Positions 25,801 through 38,696 of a stretch of DNA of 64,000 nucleotides are shown here, in pieces. The translations under genes were made by a program, and so were the position numbers. The notes under the pieces are model-generated. The model made no database searches, was not told the DNA's origin, and was given only the letters and a program-made list of their open reading frames with translations. Position 1 is the first letter of the stretch. The number at the start of each line of letters is the position of its first letter. Source of the DNA: Macrostomum lignano (Eukaryota). The DNA is taken from contig NIVC01003838.1 of assembly GCA_002269645.1 (NCBI GenBank), forward strand, positions 1 through 64,000, in the 5' to 3' direction.

Positions 25801-28800
25801 ACTGGTTCCTTCTCCGCTGGCGGAACCTCAGTCAAGGTAAACCAGGGCTCGGCCAGGATCTGCTCCATCAAAGAGTTGGCAGTCGTCGACACCGCATTAG
25901 CAGCGGGTTGTGTTCCGCCATCGCCGAACTGAACACGGCGAGTCCTTTCAGCTGACGACCTTCCGCCTGGCTGCGGCTCGGTCTGTCGTGCCAGCGGCTG
26001 CACCTCAGGCAGCGGCGGCGGCTGCTGCTGCTGCTGCTGCTGCATCTGTCGATCGGCTGCCGATCCGGCAGATGTCGGCGTCTTGAGTATCGACTGCGGC
26101 GGTGGCGGCTGTTGCGGATGCGGCTGCTGAGGCTCAGGTGGCTGAGCCGCCTGATTGGCTGGCTCTTCTTTTGGCTGAGAGTTGCAGAAGAGTTTTTATA
26201 GATGTAGATGGGATAAACGTCTAATTAGATGACGTGAAAGAGCACTAGATTACTTAAAAGCACACTAGATAAGCTAAAAGTACACTAGATAAGATAAAAA
26301 GTGCACTAGATGAGATAAAAGTACACTAGATGAGATAAAGTACACTCGATAAGATAAAGGTACACTAGATACGATAAAAGTGCACTAGATAAGATAAAAG
26401 TCCACTAGATAAGATAAAAGTACACTAGATAAGATAAAAGTACACTAGATAAGATAAAAGTACACTAGATAAGATAAAAGTACACTAGATAAGATAAAAG
26501 TCCGCTAAATGAGATAAAAGTACACTAGATAAGATAAAAGTCCGCTAAATGAGATAAAAGTACACTAGATAAGATAAAAGTCCGCTAAATGAGATAAAGT
26601 ATACTAGATGACAAAGTCAGATAAAGTTAATATGGTAAGTGGGGATAAAATCCTAAGAAATCCCTAAAAACCGAACACTCACCTCCGACACCTGAGTCTG
26701 TCCCGACTTGCCCTTCCCAGCTCCGGGCACCGTCAGTTTCTTTGTCTTCTTCACGATCGGCTTCCTGGCCTTCTTTTTCGCCACTTTCTGTTGCTCCTGC
26801 GGTGGCTGCTCCTCCTTTGGCGTCTCCGTCGATGGCAGCTCCGTCGTCACCGGCGTCGCTTCGCGCGTAGTCGCAGCCGGGGTCGCCGACTTGACGACCG
26901 GATCCTCTGTGTCGGGACTGACGGCGGCGGTGGTGACCTCCTCCGGCGGCGCCTGTACCGGCGCGCTAATAGGCGGCAGGGTGCGCAAGTTGATCTGCCG
27001 CTGCTGTCGCGGCTCCTTCGGCGGCGTCGGCGCCTCCTCCGCTCGGCTGGGCGCCTGCGACTGCTGCTGCGAGGCCCGGCTGCCGGCCGCTGCCGCCGCC
27101 TCGGCCGCCGCCTTCTGCTGCATCTCCTCGAGCATCTGGCGCCGCTTCTCCAGGGCAGTTTCGAGGTCGGCGAGGCTCGCGCCGTTCAGCCAGTCGCGCT
27201 CGGCCTCGGCCAGCTGCTGCTGACGGGCGCGCTCGGCCGTGTCGGCGCTGTTCAGCGAGCGGCGCCGGCGAGGTGCGTCCTGGGTAGGGGATTGGGGATG
27301 TGAAGATGTGTGGATTCCAGGAATAGGTGAATGATTCTTCAAGTGGGCCAAGGATCCTTCAAGTGGGTCAAGGATTTCTCAAGCAGGTCAAGGATTTCTC
27401 AAGTGGGTCAAGGATACTTTAAGTGGGTCAAGGATCCTTTGATTGGGTCAAGGATCCTTCGAGTGGGTCAAGGATTCGTCAAGTGGGTCAATGATTCTTC
27501 AAGTAGATCAAGGATTCTTGAAATGGGTCAAGGATTCTTGGAATGGGTCAAGGATTCTTGGAATGGGTCAAGGATTCTTGGAATGGGTCAAGGAATCTTG
27601 GAATGGGTCAGCGTTAAAGATGATATTATTAAGAATTATTCTAAACCATTTTGAATTCAAGTTTTATACTTTTGACATATATAAAATGCATGAAAGATAA
27701 TAAGAAAAAAATATTCGAAAAAGAAATATTAAACCGTATCAAACTCACGCCGAATTGCGTCATCAGATCGCCTGCCTTGGGTTCGTACAAATCTCGGATT
27801 ACGGAGTTGGGAATTTCACCTGGTTTTATGAAATGGATTGGCTGTTTGAATTGGTTCCTCTGTATAGTGAACAAAATAGATATTGGTTGATAGAGAGGGA
27901 GATAGAGAGGGAGATAGAGAGGGAGATAGAGAGGGAGATAGAGAGGGAGATAGAGAGGGAGATAGAGAGGGAGATAGAGAGGGAGATAGAGAGGGAGATA
28001 GAGAGGGAGATAGAGAGGGAGATAGAGAGGGAGATAGAGAGGGAGATAGAGAGGGAGATAGAGAGGGAGATAGAGAGGGAGATAGAGAGGGAGATAGAGA
28101 GGGAGATAGAGAGGGAGATAGAGAGGGAGATAGAGAGGGAGATAGAGAGGGAGATAGAAATCTATAGAGATCGATAGAGAGGGAGACAGAGATCGATAGA
28201 GAGGGAGATAGAGATCGATAGAGAGGGAGATAGAGAGGGAGATAGAGATCGATAGAGAGGGAGATAGAGAGGGAGATAGAGATCGATGGAGAGGGAGATA
28301 GAGAGGGAGATAGAGATCGATGGAGAGGGAGATAGAGATCGATGAAGAGGGACACAGAGATCGGTAGAGAGGGAGACAGAGATCGATAGAGAGGGAGACA
28401 GAGATCGATAGAGTAGGAGATAGAGATCTATAGAGATCGATAGAGGGGGAGATAGAGATTGATAGAGAGGGAGATAGAGAGGGAGATAGATATCGGTAGA
28501 GAGAGAGAGATAAATATCGGTAGAGAGAGAGACAGAGATCGATAGAGAGAGAGAGATAGATATCGGTAGAGAGAGAGAGATAGATATCGGTAGAGAGAGA
28601 GAGAGATAGATATCGGTAGAGAGAGAGAGATAGATATCGGTAGAGAGAGAGATAGATATCGGTAGAGAGAGAGAGATAGATATCGGTAGAGAGAGAGATA
28701 GATAGATATCGGTAGAGAGAGAGAGATAGATATCGGTAGAGAGAGAGAGAGATAGATATCGGTAGAGAGAGAGAGATAGATATCGGTAGAGAGAGAGATA

Positions 28801-29674
28801 GATATCGGTAGAGAGAGAGAGATAGATATCGGTAGAGAGAGAGATATAGATATCGGTAGAGAGAGAGATAGATATCGGTAGAGAGAGAGAGATAGATATC
28901 GGTAGAGAGAGAGAGAGATAGATATCGGTAGAGAGAGAGAGATAGATATCGGTAGAGAGAGAGAGAGATAGATATCGGTAGAGAGAGAGATAGATATCGG
29001 TAGAGAGAGAGAGATAGATATCGGTAGAGAGAGAGATAGATATCGGTAGAGAGAGAGAGATAGATATCGGTAGAGAGAGAGAGATAGATATCGGTAGAGA
29101 GGGAGACAGAGATCGGTAGAGAGAGAGATAGATATCGGTAGAGAGAGAGAGATAGATATCGGTAGAGAGAGAGAGATAGATATCGGTAGAGAGAGAGAGA
29201 TAGATATCGGTAGAGAGAGAGATAGATATCGGTAGAGAGAGAGATAGATATCGGTAGAGAGAGAGAGATAGATATCGGTAGAGAGAGGATAGATATCGGT
29301 AGAGAGAGAGAGATAGATATCGGTAGAGAGAGAGAGATAGATATCGGTAGAGAGGGAGACAGAGATCGGTAGAGAGGGAGATAGATATCGGTAGAGAGAG
29401 ACAGAGACCTGCAGAGAAGTGACACAAATCTGCAGTGATCCTCAAGCAGCTCACAGTCAGGCGCCACCGGGAAGCGACTCCATGGCGCCGCCCGCGGCCG
29501 TCCCGCCCGCAGGTCCCAGGCCAGGTCCAGCTGGCAGGCTCGCGCCAGTTCGACTTTCCGGCCGGGCGGGTAGCCCAGGGTGGCCGCGGCTGGCCAGACC
29601 GGAACTACAGGTGCCGGAGAGACCGAAGGCGAGGGGGAAGCCGCGGCAGAGCTCTTCTGAGTTGCGGAAGCCAT
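19839..29674 (-). CDS. Large multi-exon hypothetical protein (Q/P/A-rich low complexity, coiled coil)
   Basis: Phase-consistent GT-AG chain 27279-26683, 26174-25714, 24638-24443, 23576-23126, 21181-20805, 20636-20518, 20049-19839 (stop). Probable upstream exons ~27860-27750 and 29674-~29410 (MASATQKS...), whose splice sites are weak. No family recognised. Confidence 0.7.
20085..20500. repeat. Intronic ~28-bp minisatellite (CCAGACCCACCACCCCATTTTCTGCACT)
   Basis: Direct reading. Confidence 0.85.
21200..22420. repeat. Intronic 20/21-bp minisatellite (GATCTATAGA(A)TCTAGTGTGT)
   Basis: About 55 units; contains the palindrome GATCTATAGATC. Confidence 0.97.
22480..23110. repeat. Intronic ~22-bp minisatellite (AATCTACAGAATCTGTCACCCC)
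   Basis: Direct reading; abuts the donor at 23125. Confidence 0.95.
23615..24420. repeat. Intronic 22/23-bp minisatellite (GAGATAGATTAGCAATCCATGT)
   Basis: Direct reading. Confidence 0.95.
24715..25700. repeat. Intronic 12-bp minisatellite (AGTAGAGTGGTG)
   Basis: Direct reading; explains the spurious VSRV/TLLT ORFs. Confidence 0.97.
26240..26610. repeat. Intronic 20-bp minisatellite (AGATAAGATAAAAGTACACT)
   Basis: Direct reading. Confidence 0.92.
27335..29405. repeat. Compound intronic arrays: 20-bp AAGTGGGTCAAGGATTCTTC (27335-27610); GAGATAGAGAGG 12-mer grading into GATATCGGT(AG)n units (27890-29405)
   Basis: Direct reading. Confidence 0.93.
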
Positions 29675-30619
29675 GTCGTCAATCTCCGGCTCCTTTGTCG
29701 CTCAAACTGATTGAGTCCTCTCTCTGTTGTTCAAGCTTTTATTTGGCGAAAAAAGACGAAGAACTGCACGAATTGTGGATTTCTGCTTCTGTTCTCTGCC
29801 GGAGGAGGAGGGGTGGCTGATGCTTTCTGTCCATATCCCCCCTCTCTCTCCCCTACCCGTAGCCCATTGTTTCTCACCTGAAGCAGAAGACTGGGCCTTG
29901 TCTCCCCCCACGCTGTAACCAAGGAGAGCAGGCGGTTCTGTTTCAAGGGACAGAAAGTGACGGGAGGGCGCAATCCAATCTTGATCTGCCTCCCCCACTG
30001 CTCCAGTGTACGCCTGTGCTCAAACAGTTGAGGTCTGTCCCCTTCCTCTCCCCCTGTCTCTCTCTTTTTTTTCGCGTTGCCATGGTTTCCATGGCTTATG
30101 CTAAAGCTCTCTTCTCTAGACCATTCTCATCTGTTTCTATAACCAACCTATCTGGCCAATTTTGATACAAGCTTTTTGTGTCAACAGCTCTCGCATTGAG
30201 TCTACACTTGAGTCTGTCTCTTGCAGTGTGAGCTGTTTATATTCTGCATGAAAACATGGATATATATATTCTGTTTATATATATCCATGTTTTCATTTCT
30301 TAGCTCGCAAAAGAAGGTGAAAGTTCTTTACTGGGGCTGCAAAATCGTATGTATGAGTCCCGACTGGAGTCTCTGTGTGGGCCAGTAATTGCACAGACTA
30401 TAAATAAGAAAGTGAATATTTTACCTGTCAGCTGGGTACCCCCCCCCGAGGAGATAATTGGGGTGGCGCTGATTTACGAGCTCAAAAATATTTTTTTGTT
30501 TTTATTACTCTTCTATTTCGTGGAAAGAGCTCTGTTGGCTTCAGTGGTGATTGTGTATCAAAAAAATAATTTAGATTTCTAGAGACCCGAAATGCATTCA
30601 AAGAGAAGAGACCGAGTGT

Positions 30620-31025
30620 CTGACTGAGGTGTCCGAAAAAATTGATAGGTGTCCGATAGATTAAAGAGGTGTCCGAACGATAAAAAAAGATATTTGAAAA
30701 ATTCAAAAGGTGTCCGAAAGATTAGGGAAGTGTCCGAAAGATTAGGGAGGTGTCCGAAAGATTAGGGAGGTGTCCGAAAGATTAGGGAGGTGTCCGAAAG
30801 AGTAAGGAGGTGTCCGAAAGATTAGGGAGGTGTCCGAAAGAGTAAGGAGGTGTCTGAAAGATTAGGGAGGTGTCCGATAGATTCGGGAGGTGTTCGAAAG
30901 ATTACAGAGGTGTCCGAAAGAGCACTGGGGTATCCGAAAGATCACAGGCGTGTCCGAAAGATCACTGGGGTGTCCGAAAGATCACTGGGGTGTCCGAAAG
31001 ATCAATGCGGTGTCCGAAAGATCAC
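30620..31025. repeat. 20-bp minisatellite (GGTGTCCGAAAGATTAGGGA)
   Basis: Direct reading. Confidence 0.9.
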
Positions 31026-31362
31026 TAGGAGCGATTAATGAACTTTAAGGAGAATAAAACTCAATGACTCAAAACTGTGTTTCGAGAAAATTAAAGATTT
31101 TTTGTGCTGCAATCAGCAATTTGATTTAAATATATTTGGTTTCAGGTTAATCAACGAAAGTCAGCTGACAGCAATTAATTTCTATCCATACTGGCATTCT
31201 ACTGGAAACAGGAAAAATTTAATATTTGATCGCATTTATTAATATTTGCACCGCCAAGCCAAATAGCTGATTAAGTATTGTGATTCGAAAAAACGTAACA
31301 ATAGTTTCGAGCTCTTAAAAAATGTGAAAAAAGTCTGATTGTCCGAACGCGCGCCGAGGGGA

Positions 31363-31587
31363 TCAGCACTGATTGTCCAGGTAGTAAATGGTGACGGAGC
31401 CGTCAATGCTGGCCTCATTGCCACCGGTGACGCTTGAGCACGAGTTGCTCAGAGACATGGTGGCGTTGCAGAACGAGCCGCCTCCGCCCCCGGCCTGCAG
31501 CGAAGAATTTTAATGCCATTGTCAATAACTCTACTGTTAGTAGTGTGCTAATCTGTGCCTTCAATATTAATACGACTGAAACTACAA

Positions 31588-31666
<79 letters not shown>

Positions 31667-31729
31667 ATGATAATAATACTACTACTAGTACTACTACTAC
31701 TACTACTACTAATGATAATAATACTACTA

Positions 31730-31801
<72 letters not shown>

Positions 31802-34800
31802 TTACTACCACTACTACTACTGCTACTAACATTAATAATAATACTACTACTAGTACTACTACTAATACTACTACTACTACTCACCTGCTTGTCGTGGGTG
31901 CCGGCGCCGCCGCCGCTGTAGCCGCCGCCGCCGCCGCTGGCGCCGTTGTCTTCGCTGCCGCCGCCGCCACCGCCAAAGCCACCAACGGCGCCAGGATTCA
32001 TTCCGCCGGGTTCGCCGCCGACGAACGGCTCCCTGGTGCCGGACAGTGGACCGCCGTGTCCGGCGCCGCCGTGCTCGGGTCCGGCGCGCCTGGCGCCACC
32101 GCTGAGCCAGCCGGCGCCGCAGCCGCCGTGGTAGCTGGCGGCCTCCGTGTTGGTCCAGCCGGCGCTACCGTTGAAGCCGCCCCGGCCAGTCTGGCCGAGA
32201 TTCGGTCCGGACGAGTCGGTGCCGTTCGTGCCGGCCTGTCCGGGGACGCCGGTAAGGGTGTAGCTGGCGCCGCCGCCGCCGCCAGCGGCCAGGTAGAGGA
32301 CCAGCGAGCGCGGGTTGTAGACAAAACTGCCGCCGCCACCGCCCGTGCCAGCATTGTCTTCGATCTGGATTTTCAAGGGTACAGTCCAAGGTCACATCTC
32401 TGGAATTCTCTATGGTCTTTTCCTAGGGATTTTCCAAAATCGTGTTTCAGGATAGGGAGTTTCCATTGTCGCGTCCCAGGAATTCTCCATGGTCTTTTCC
32501 TAGGGATTTTTCAAGGTCGTATTTCAGGGACTTTCCATTGTCGTGTCCCAGGGATTTGCCAAGGTCGTATTCCAGGAATTTTCCATTGTCGTGACCCAGG
32601 GATTTACCAAGTTCACATTTCAGGAATTTTCCATTGTCGTGTCCTAGGGATTTGCCAAGGTCGTATTCCAGGAATTTTCCATTGTCGTGTCCTAGGGATT
32701 TGCCAAGGTCGTATTCCAGGAATTTTCCATTGTCGTGTCCCAGGAATTTTCTACGGTCTCTTCCTGGGGAGTTTCCTAGGGATGCTAGCAATAGGCGTTG
32801 TTAGTTTGGTTTTAGGAGTTACAATCCTTCGTGTTTGTGATGTTTCGGGTTTATGATGGGAAGTGATTTTGGAGTTGTCACTTCTAGGGTTTGTGATGAA
32901 ACCCCCCCCCCGCCCTCACGTGAGGAAAGAGGCGAGAGCCAATCAGATGGCAGCGAGGGGAGAGAAGAATAACAAGACTGAACAAGACAGAGAGGGAGAG
33001 AGATAAGAATAACAGGACTGAACCAGACAGAGCGGGAGAGAGATAAGAATAACAGGACTGAACCAGACAGAGCGGGAGAGAGATAAGAATAACAGGACTG
33101 AACCAGACAGAGAGGGAGAGAGATAAGAATAACAGGACTGAACCAGACAGAGCGGGAGAGAGATAAGAATAACAGGACTGAACCAGACAGAGAGGGAGAG
33201 AGATAAGAATAACAGGACTGAACCAGACAGAGAGGGAGAGAGATAAGAATAACAAGACTGAACCAGACAGAGCGGGAGAGAGATAAGAATAACAGGACTG
33301 AACCAGACAGAGAGGGAGAGAGATAAGAATAACAGGACTGAACCAGACAGAGCGGGAGAGAGATAAGAATAACAGGACTGAACCAGACAGAGAGGGAGAG
33401 AGATAAGAATAACAAGACTGAACCAGACAGAGAGGGAGAGAGATGAGAATAACAGGACTGAACCAGACAGAGAGGGAGAGAGAACAGAGTAAACAGAGGC
33501 CAATAGCAGATGAACTGAAGAAAGTCGCTGAAAAAAGTACTTTTCAAATCCAAAAGTAAAGAAAATCTAGAAAGAAAGCATTACCGACGGCCGACGAGAA
33601 GGCGAAACTTCGCTAGAATTGCCTCCATGTTGGCCGACAACAATTGCCAGCATCTGGCCGCGCTCCAGACGAAATTTGCCTCGCGCCGAGGCGCCCCGTC
33701 CACCGAGCCAGGTGCCGCCGCCCGAGTTTCCGTAGCTGGTCGAGTGGTTGCCACCCGCCGCGCCTGCGGCCGAGACTTCAAAGCAGCCAGTTTTTGGCAC
33801 AAAATATCTGATGATGCTCCCTGTGGCGCCCTGGCCTGTGGCGTCGAATCGAACATCTGAAAAATGTCGGCGCTTTCCTATCATACTACTGTCCCGCCAT
33901 AGGTCTTCAGTAGCATTATCAGCGCTTTTTAATATCTCACTCACATCTTGGCGCAGTGCAGAAATAATCCACCTCAATGCGCATCATGCCGCCGCTGAAA
34001 GAGAAACACTCGTCCGGGATGATGTCCTGGGATCGAATCGCCGTCTGGAGGAACGGGTCCATCAGCCAGGTCGTGTCCAGCTGGCAGCCTTCGTCTGTCT
34101 TCTTGCAACTGCGGTTGTTTCCGGTTGAGGTGTCGGGAACTGCGTCCTTGACCCATCTGATCACTGACCCCTATCAGATCCCTGACCCATCTGATCACTG
34201 ACCCCTATCAGATCCCTGACCCATCTGATCACTGACCCATATCAGATCCCTGACCCATCTGATCACTGACCCATATCAGATCCCTGACCCATCTGATCAC
34301 TGACCCATCTGAACACTGACCCATCTGATCACTGATCCCTATCAGATCCCTGACCCATCTGATCACTGACCCCTATCAGATCCCTGACCCATCTGATCAC
34401 TGATCCCTATCAGATCCCTGACCCATCTGATCACTGACCCTGTCAGATCCCTGACCCATCTGATCACTGACCCTGTCAGATCCTTGACCTATCTGATCAC
34501 TGATCCTTGAACCATCTGATCACTGACCCCTATCAGATACTTGAATCCTTCGACCCCCCGATCCTTGACCCCCTCTGACCCCTCCGACCCCAGCGACTCA
34601 CTTGCGCCGAACCCTAGCAAGCGCGGTATGCGAGGTGCAGTTGTAGATGCTGCATTCGGCATCCTCCGCCACCATCGCGGCCACAGCCGAGCTGCTGCGT
34701 CCCCGAGTCAGGTTCTCAAGCTTAACCGAGCACTTCAGCTTTGAGTAGCGCACCTGCAGGATGCCCATGGTGGAGCGCTCGCCGCAGACCAGCGGCGACT

Positions 34801-37800
34801 CTCGCCTGCCATCAGTGTCGAACATGACCACAGTGTGAAGGGTCGAGTTGCCTGCGAAGAGTTGATCGAGTGAAATCTGTTTTGTCACTCCCATGTCACT
34901 CTTTTTCATAACTTCCACTGTTACTCCCATGTATTCATTCTTAGTTACCCTCATTCTGTCACTCCCATCCTGTCACTCCCATTCTGTCACTCCAGTTCTG
35001 TCACTTCCATTCTATCACTCCAGTTCTGTCACTGCCATTTTGTCGCTCCTATTCTGTCATTCTAAATCTGCCAGAGTTCCATTCTGTCACTCCCATTCTG
35101 TCACTCCCATTCTGTTACTCCCATTCTGTTACTCTAACTCTGTCCCTCTCATTCTGCCAGAGTTCCATTCTGTCACTCCCATTCTGTCACTCTCATTCTG
35201 ACAGAGAGTCCGATTCTGTCACTCCCATTCTGTCACTCTCATTCTGACAGAGAGTCCGATTCTGTCACTCCGATTCTGTCACTCCGATTCTGTCACTCTC
35301 ATTCTGACAGAGAGTCCGATTCTGTCACTCCGATTCTGTCACTCTCATTCTGACAGAGAGTCCGATTCTGTCACTCCCATTCTGTCACTCTCATTCTGAC
35401 AGAGAGTCCGATTCTGTCACTCCGATTCCGTCACTCTCATTCTGACAGAGAGTCCGATTCTGTCACTCCCATTCTGTCACTCTCATTCTGACAGAGAGTC
35501 CGATTCTGTCACTCCGATTCTGTCACTCTCATTCTGACAGAGAATCCGATTCTGTCACTCCGATTCTGTCACTCTCATTCTGACAGAGAGTCCGATTCTG
35601 TCACTCCCATTCTGTCACTCTCATTCTGACAGAGAGTCCCATTCTGTCACTCCCATTCTGTCACTCTCATTCTGACAGAGAGTCCCATTCTGTCACTCTC
35701 ATTCTGACAGAGAGTCCGATTCTGTCACTCCCATTCTGTCACTCTCATTCTGACAGAGAGTCCGATTCTGTCACTCCGATTCCGTCACTCTCATTCTGAC
35801 AGAGAGTCCGATTCTGTCACTCCGATTCCGTCACTCTCATTCTGACAGAGAGTCCGATTCTGTCACTCCGATTCTGTCACTCTCATTCTGACAGAGAGTC
35901 CGATTCTGTCACTCCCATTCTGTCACTCTCATTCTGACAGAGAGTCCCATTCTGTCACTCCCATTCTGTCACTCTCATTCTGACAGAGAGTCCCATTCTG
36001 TCACTCTCATTCTGACAGAGAGTCCGATTCTGTCACTCCCATTCTGTCACTCTCATTCTGACAGAGAGTCCGATTCTGTCACTCTCATTCTGACAGAGAG
36101 TCCGATTCTGTCACTCTCATTCTGACAGAGAGTCCGATTCTGTCACTCTCATTCTGACAGAGAGTCCGATTCTGTCACTCCGATTCTGTCACTCTCATTC
36201 TGACAGAGAGTCCGATTCTGTCACTCCCATTCTGTCACTCTCATTCTGACAGAGAGTCCGATTCTGTCACTCCCATTCTGTCACTCTCATTCTGACAGAG
36301 AGTACCATTCTGTCACTCTCATTCTGACAGAGAGTCCGATTCTGTCACTCCCATTCTGTCACTCTCATTCTGACAGAGAGTCCCATTCTGTCACTCTCAT
36401 TCTGACAGAGAGTCCGATTCTGTCACTCCGATTCTGTCAACTCTGGAACTCACCGCGGAAGCTGACGCACACCTCGCTAGAGTATTTCTGCCCGTTGAGC
36501 ACGTTCATCCCCTTGCAGCAGATGGGGTAGTAGAGATTCACGTGGGTCAGGCTCAGGTTCTGTCCTTTGGTCGCAACCAACTGACTGGTTTGGATAATCC
36601 GCCAGGAATAGGTGACCTCCGGCATGCCCACATCCGCCTGGCAACTGAGGGTGTCCGAGTTGTCGATGTTGCTGTCATTGGTAACGACTCGACCTGTGGC
36701 CGCGTTGATTATACTGACTCGCCTGAGACCGGCTTTGTAGGCCACCTGGGTGGGGATTGAGAGTTTTATTGCTTTGGGGAAGTTTCAAAAGTACTGGATT
36801 CTTAGAAAGATTTTAGAAAGTGTCAGGAGACTACTGTAAGTGTCAGGATTCTACATTAGGTGTCAGGAGACTACAGTAGATGTCTGGAGACTAAAGTAGA
36901 TGTCAGGAGACTGCAGTAGATGTCAGGAGACTATAGTAAGTGTCAGGAGACTACATTAAGTGTCAGGAGTGTACACAGGTCACCAGAAGACACAGGGGGG
37001 TCAGGGATGTCAGGGATGTCAGGGATGTCAGGATGTCAGGGATGTCAGGGATGTCAGGGATGTTAGAGATGTCAGGAATGTCAGGGATGTCAGGGATGTC
37101 AGGGATGTCAGGGATGTCAGGGATGTCAGGGATGTCAGGGATGTCAGGGATGTCAGGGATGTCAGGGATGTCAGGGATGTCAGGGATGTCAGGGATGTCA
37201 GGGATGTCAGGGATGTCAGGGATGTCAAGGATGTCAGGGATGTCAGGGATGTCAGGGATGGCAAGGATGTCAGGGATGCTAATGACACACCTTCAACCGT
37301 TGGGTCGCGGTCTCCAAAGTGAGCGGATCGTCAGCCCGACACTCGAACGAGTCGGTGGCATTGTTCGCGTCGGGCTGGTAGGCCAGGTTCTGCCGGACAG
37401 TCAGGCTGCTGCCGTCGGCGCTCCAGTCGAATTCGAAGTCGGTGGGCAGCGAGAGCACCGCGTCACCGTTGCGGAACAGAGTCAGCTGGGCCTGCTGGGG
37501 CGCGCTGGGCGACACGACCACCTGGCACGAAACGGTGTTGGCCTGCGACTTTAAGGGCGCGTCGCTGGCTGAATTCAGCTCGAGGGAAGCCTGCCGGGGT
37601 TCGAATTTTTTAGGATTTGTTTAAATGGGGTGCGAATATGACTTTTATCGGATGCGATAAGCTACAGCATAATATAGTAAGCTACAGCATAACTACAGTA
37701 AGCTACAGCATAACTACAGTAAGCTACAGCATAACTACAGTAAGCTACAGAATAACTACTACAGTAAGCTACAGCATAACTACAGTAAGCTACAACATAA

Positions 37801-38696
37801 CTACAGTAAGCTACAGCATAACTACAGTAAGCTACAGCATAACTACAGTAAGCTACAGCATAACTACAGTAAGCTACAGCATACTACAGTAAGCTACAAC
37901 ATAACTACAGTAAGCTACAGCATAACTACAGTAAGCTACAGCATAACTACAGTAAGCTACAACATAACTACAGTAAGCTACAGCATAACTACAGTAAGCT
38001 ACAGCATAACTACAGTAAGCTACAGCATAACTACTACAGTAAGCTACAGCATAACTACAGTAAGCTACAGCATAACTACAGTAAGCTACAGCATACTACA
38101 GTAAGCTACAGCATAACTACAGTAAGCTACAGCATAACTACAGTAAGCTACAGGAACGCCGGAAGCCTCACATTAAGCGCTTGACTAGGAGAATAGTTTA
38201 AGTCCAGCCAGGCCTCATTGCTCATCAGCTTGGCTCTGGGATCAATGATCAGCACATTCCACTCGGTGATTGACAGGTTCCTTGCAGCATTGGTGTAGTT
38301 CACTGAGCAGGCCAGCACGATTTGAGCCTCGGTGCCGGCGGCCGGCAGCAGGCGGACGACTCGGCCACGGATGCTGACCAGCGGTGATGAGGCGTTGCTA
38401 GGCTGCAGCACGGCAACTGAGTAGCTCACGGAGCGGGCACCGCGCCACCTGGAGCGGCCGCTGCGGAACGAGCAAACGAAAGCTGCCGAATCGGGCTTCG
38501 GGTTGTCATAGTAACCGAACAGTCTCCGACCTTCGGTTGTGTAGAAAGCCACGGCTGGCGAATGGGGAACGATTCGTTGGGAGAGATTTACCGAGCGGGT
38601 CGCGGCGACGGCTACGGCGACAGATTCTTCTGCTCCTAGAAGACCAGCGAACAGAAACGCCAGCAAGACGGCGAAGCAACGATAGCGCTGCTGCAT
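31363..38696 (-). CDS. Secreted protein: signal peptide + ~3 Ig-like domains + SUEL/rhamnose-lectin-like domain + ALK/LTK-type glycine-rich domain, 820 aa
   Basis: Exons 38696-38172, 37590-37291, 36745-36454, 34851-34602, 34156-33945, 33856-33585, 32364-31885, 31494-31363 all join in phase (2463 nt). Hydrophobic leader RCFAVLLAFLFAGLLGA; Ig Cys/Trp patterns (TLSCQ...YSWR...ICCKG). GRD motifs YFVPKTGCFEVSAAGAAGG, GGRGA...FRLERGQMLAIVVGQHG, GGGGGSFV, GGFGGGGGG, GGGGGYSGGG, GSVTI. No TM segment before the stop. Confidence 0.85.
31588..31880. repeat. (TAC)n/(TAA)n microsatellite filling an intron
   Basis: Starts directly at the donor GTGAGTAGTAGTAG on the minus strand. Confidence 0.97.
32440..33490. 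repeat. Two intronic minisatellites: ~48-bp unit (32440-32750) and 40-bp unit AGATAAGAATAACAGGACTGAACCAGACAGAGAGGGAGAG (32960-33490)
   Basis: Direct reading. Confidence 0.92.
34150..34540. repeat. Minisatellite containing the duplicated splice acceptor (GACCCATCTGATCACTGACCCCTATCAGATCCCT)
   Basis: The minus-strand unit contains TGATCAG|ATGGGTCA, the acceptor used at 34156. Confidence 0.9.
34950..36440. repeat. Intronic compound minisatellite (ATTCTGTCACTCCC/ATTCTGACAGAGAGTCCG)
   Basis: Direct reading. Confidence 0.95.
36830..38148. repeat. Intronic arrays: GATGTCAGG 9-mer and related 20-mers (36830-37280); CTACAGTAAGCTACAGCATAA 21-mer (37660-38148)
   Basis: Direct reading. Confidence 0.93.

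Noticed and set aside
30618-30645. CTGACTGAGGTGTCCGAAA, hammerhead-like core
   Set aside because: Stem II is only 2 bp and there is no stem I/III or NUH partner; it is the edge of a minisatellite.
30700-30870. TTAGGG within repeat units (also 39380-39450)
   Set aside because: Single hexamers inside longer units, not tandem telomeric arrays.
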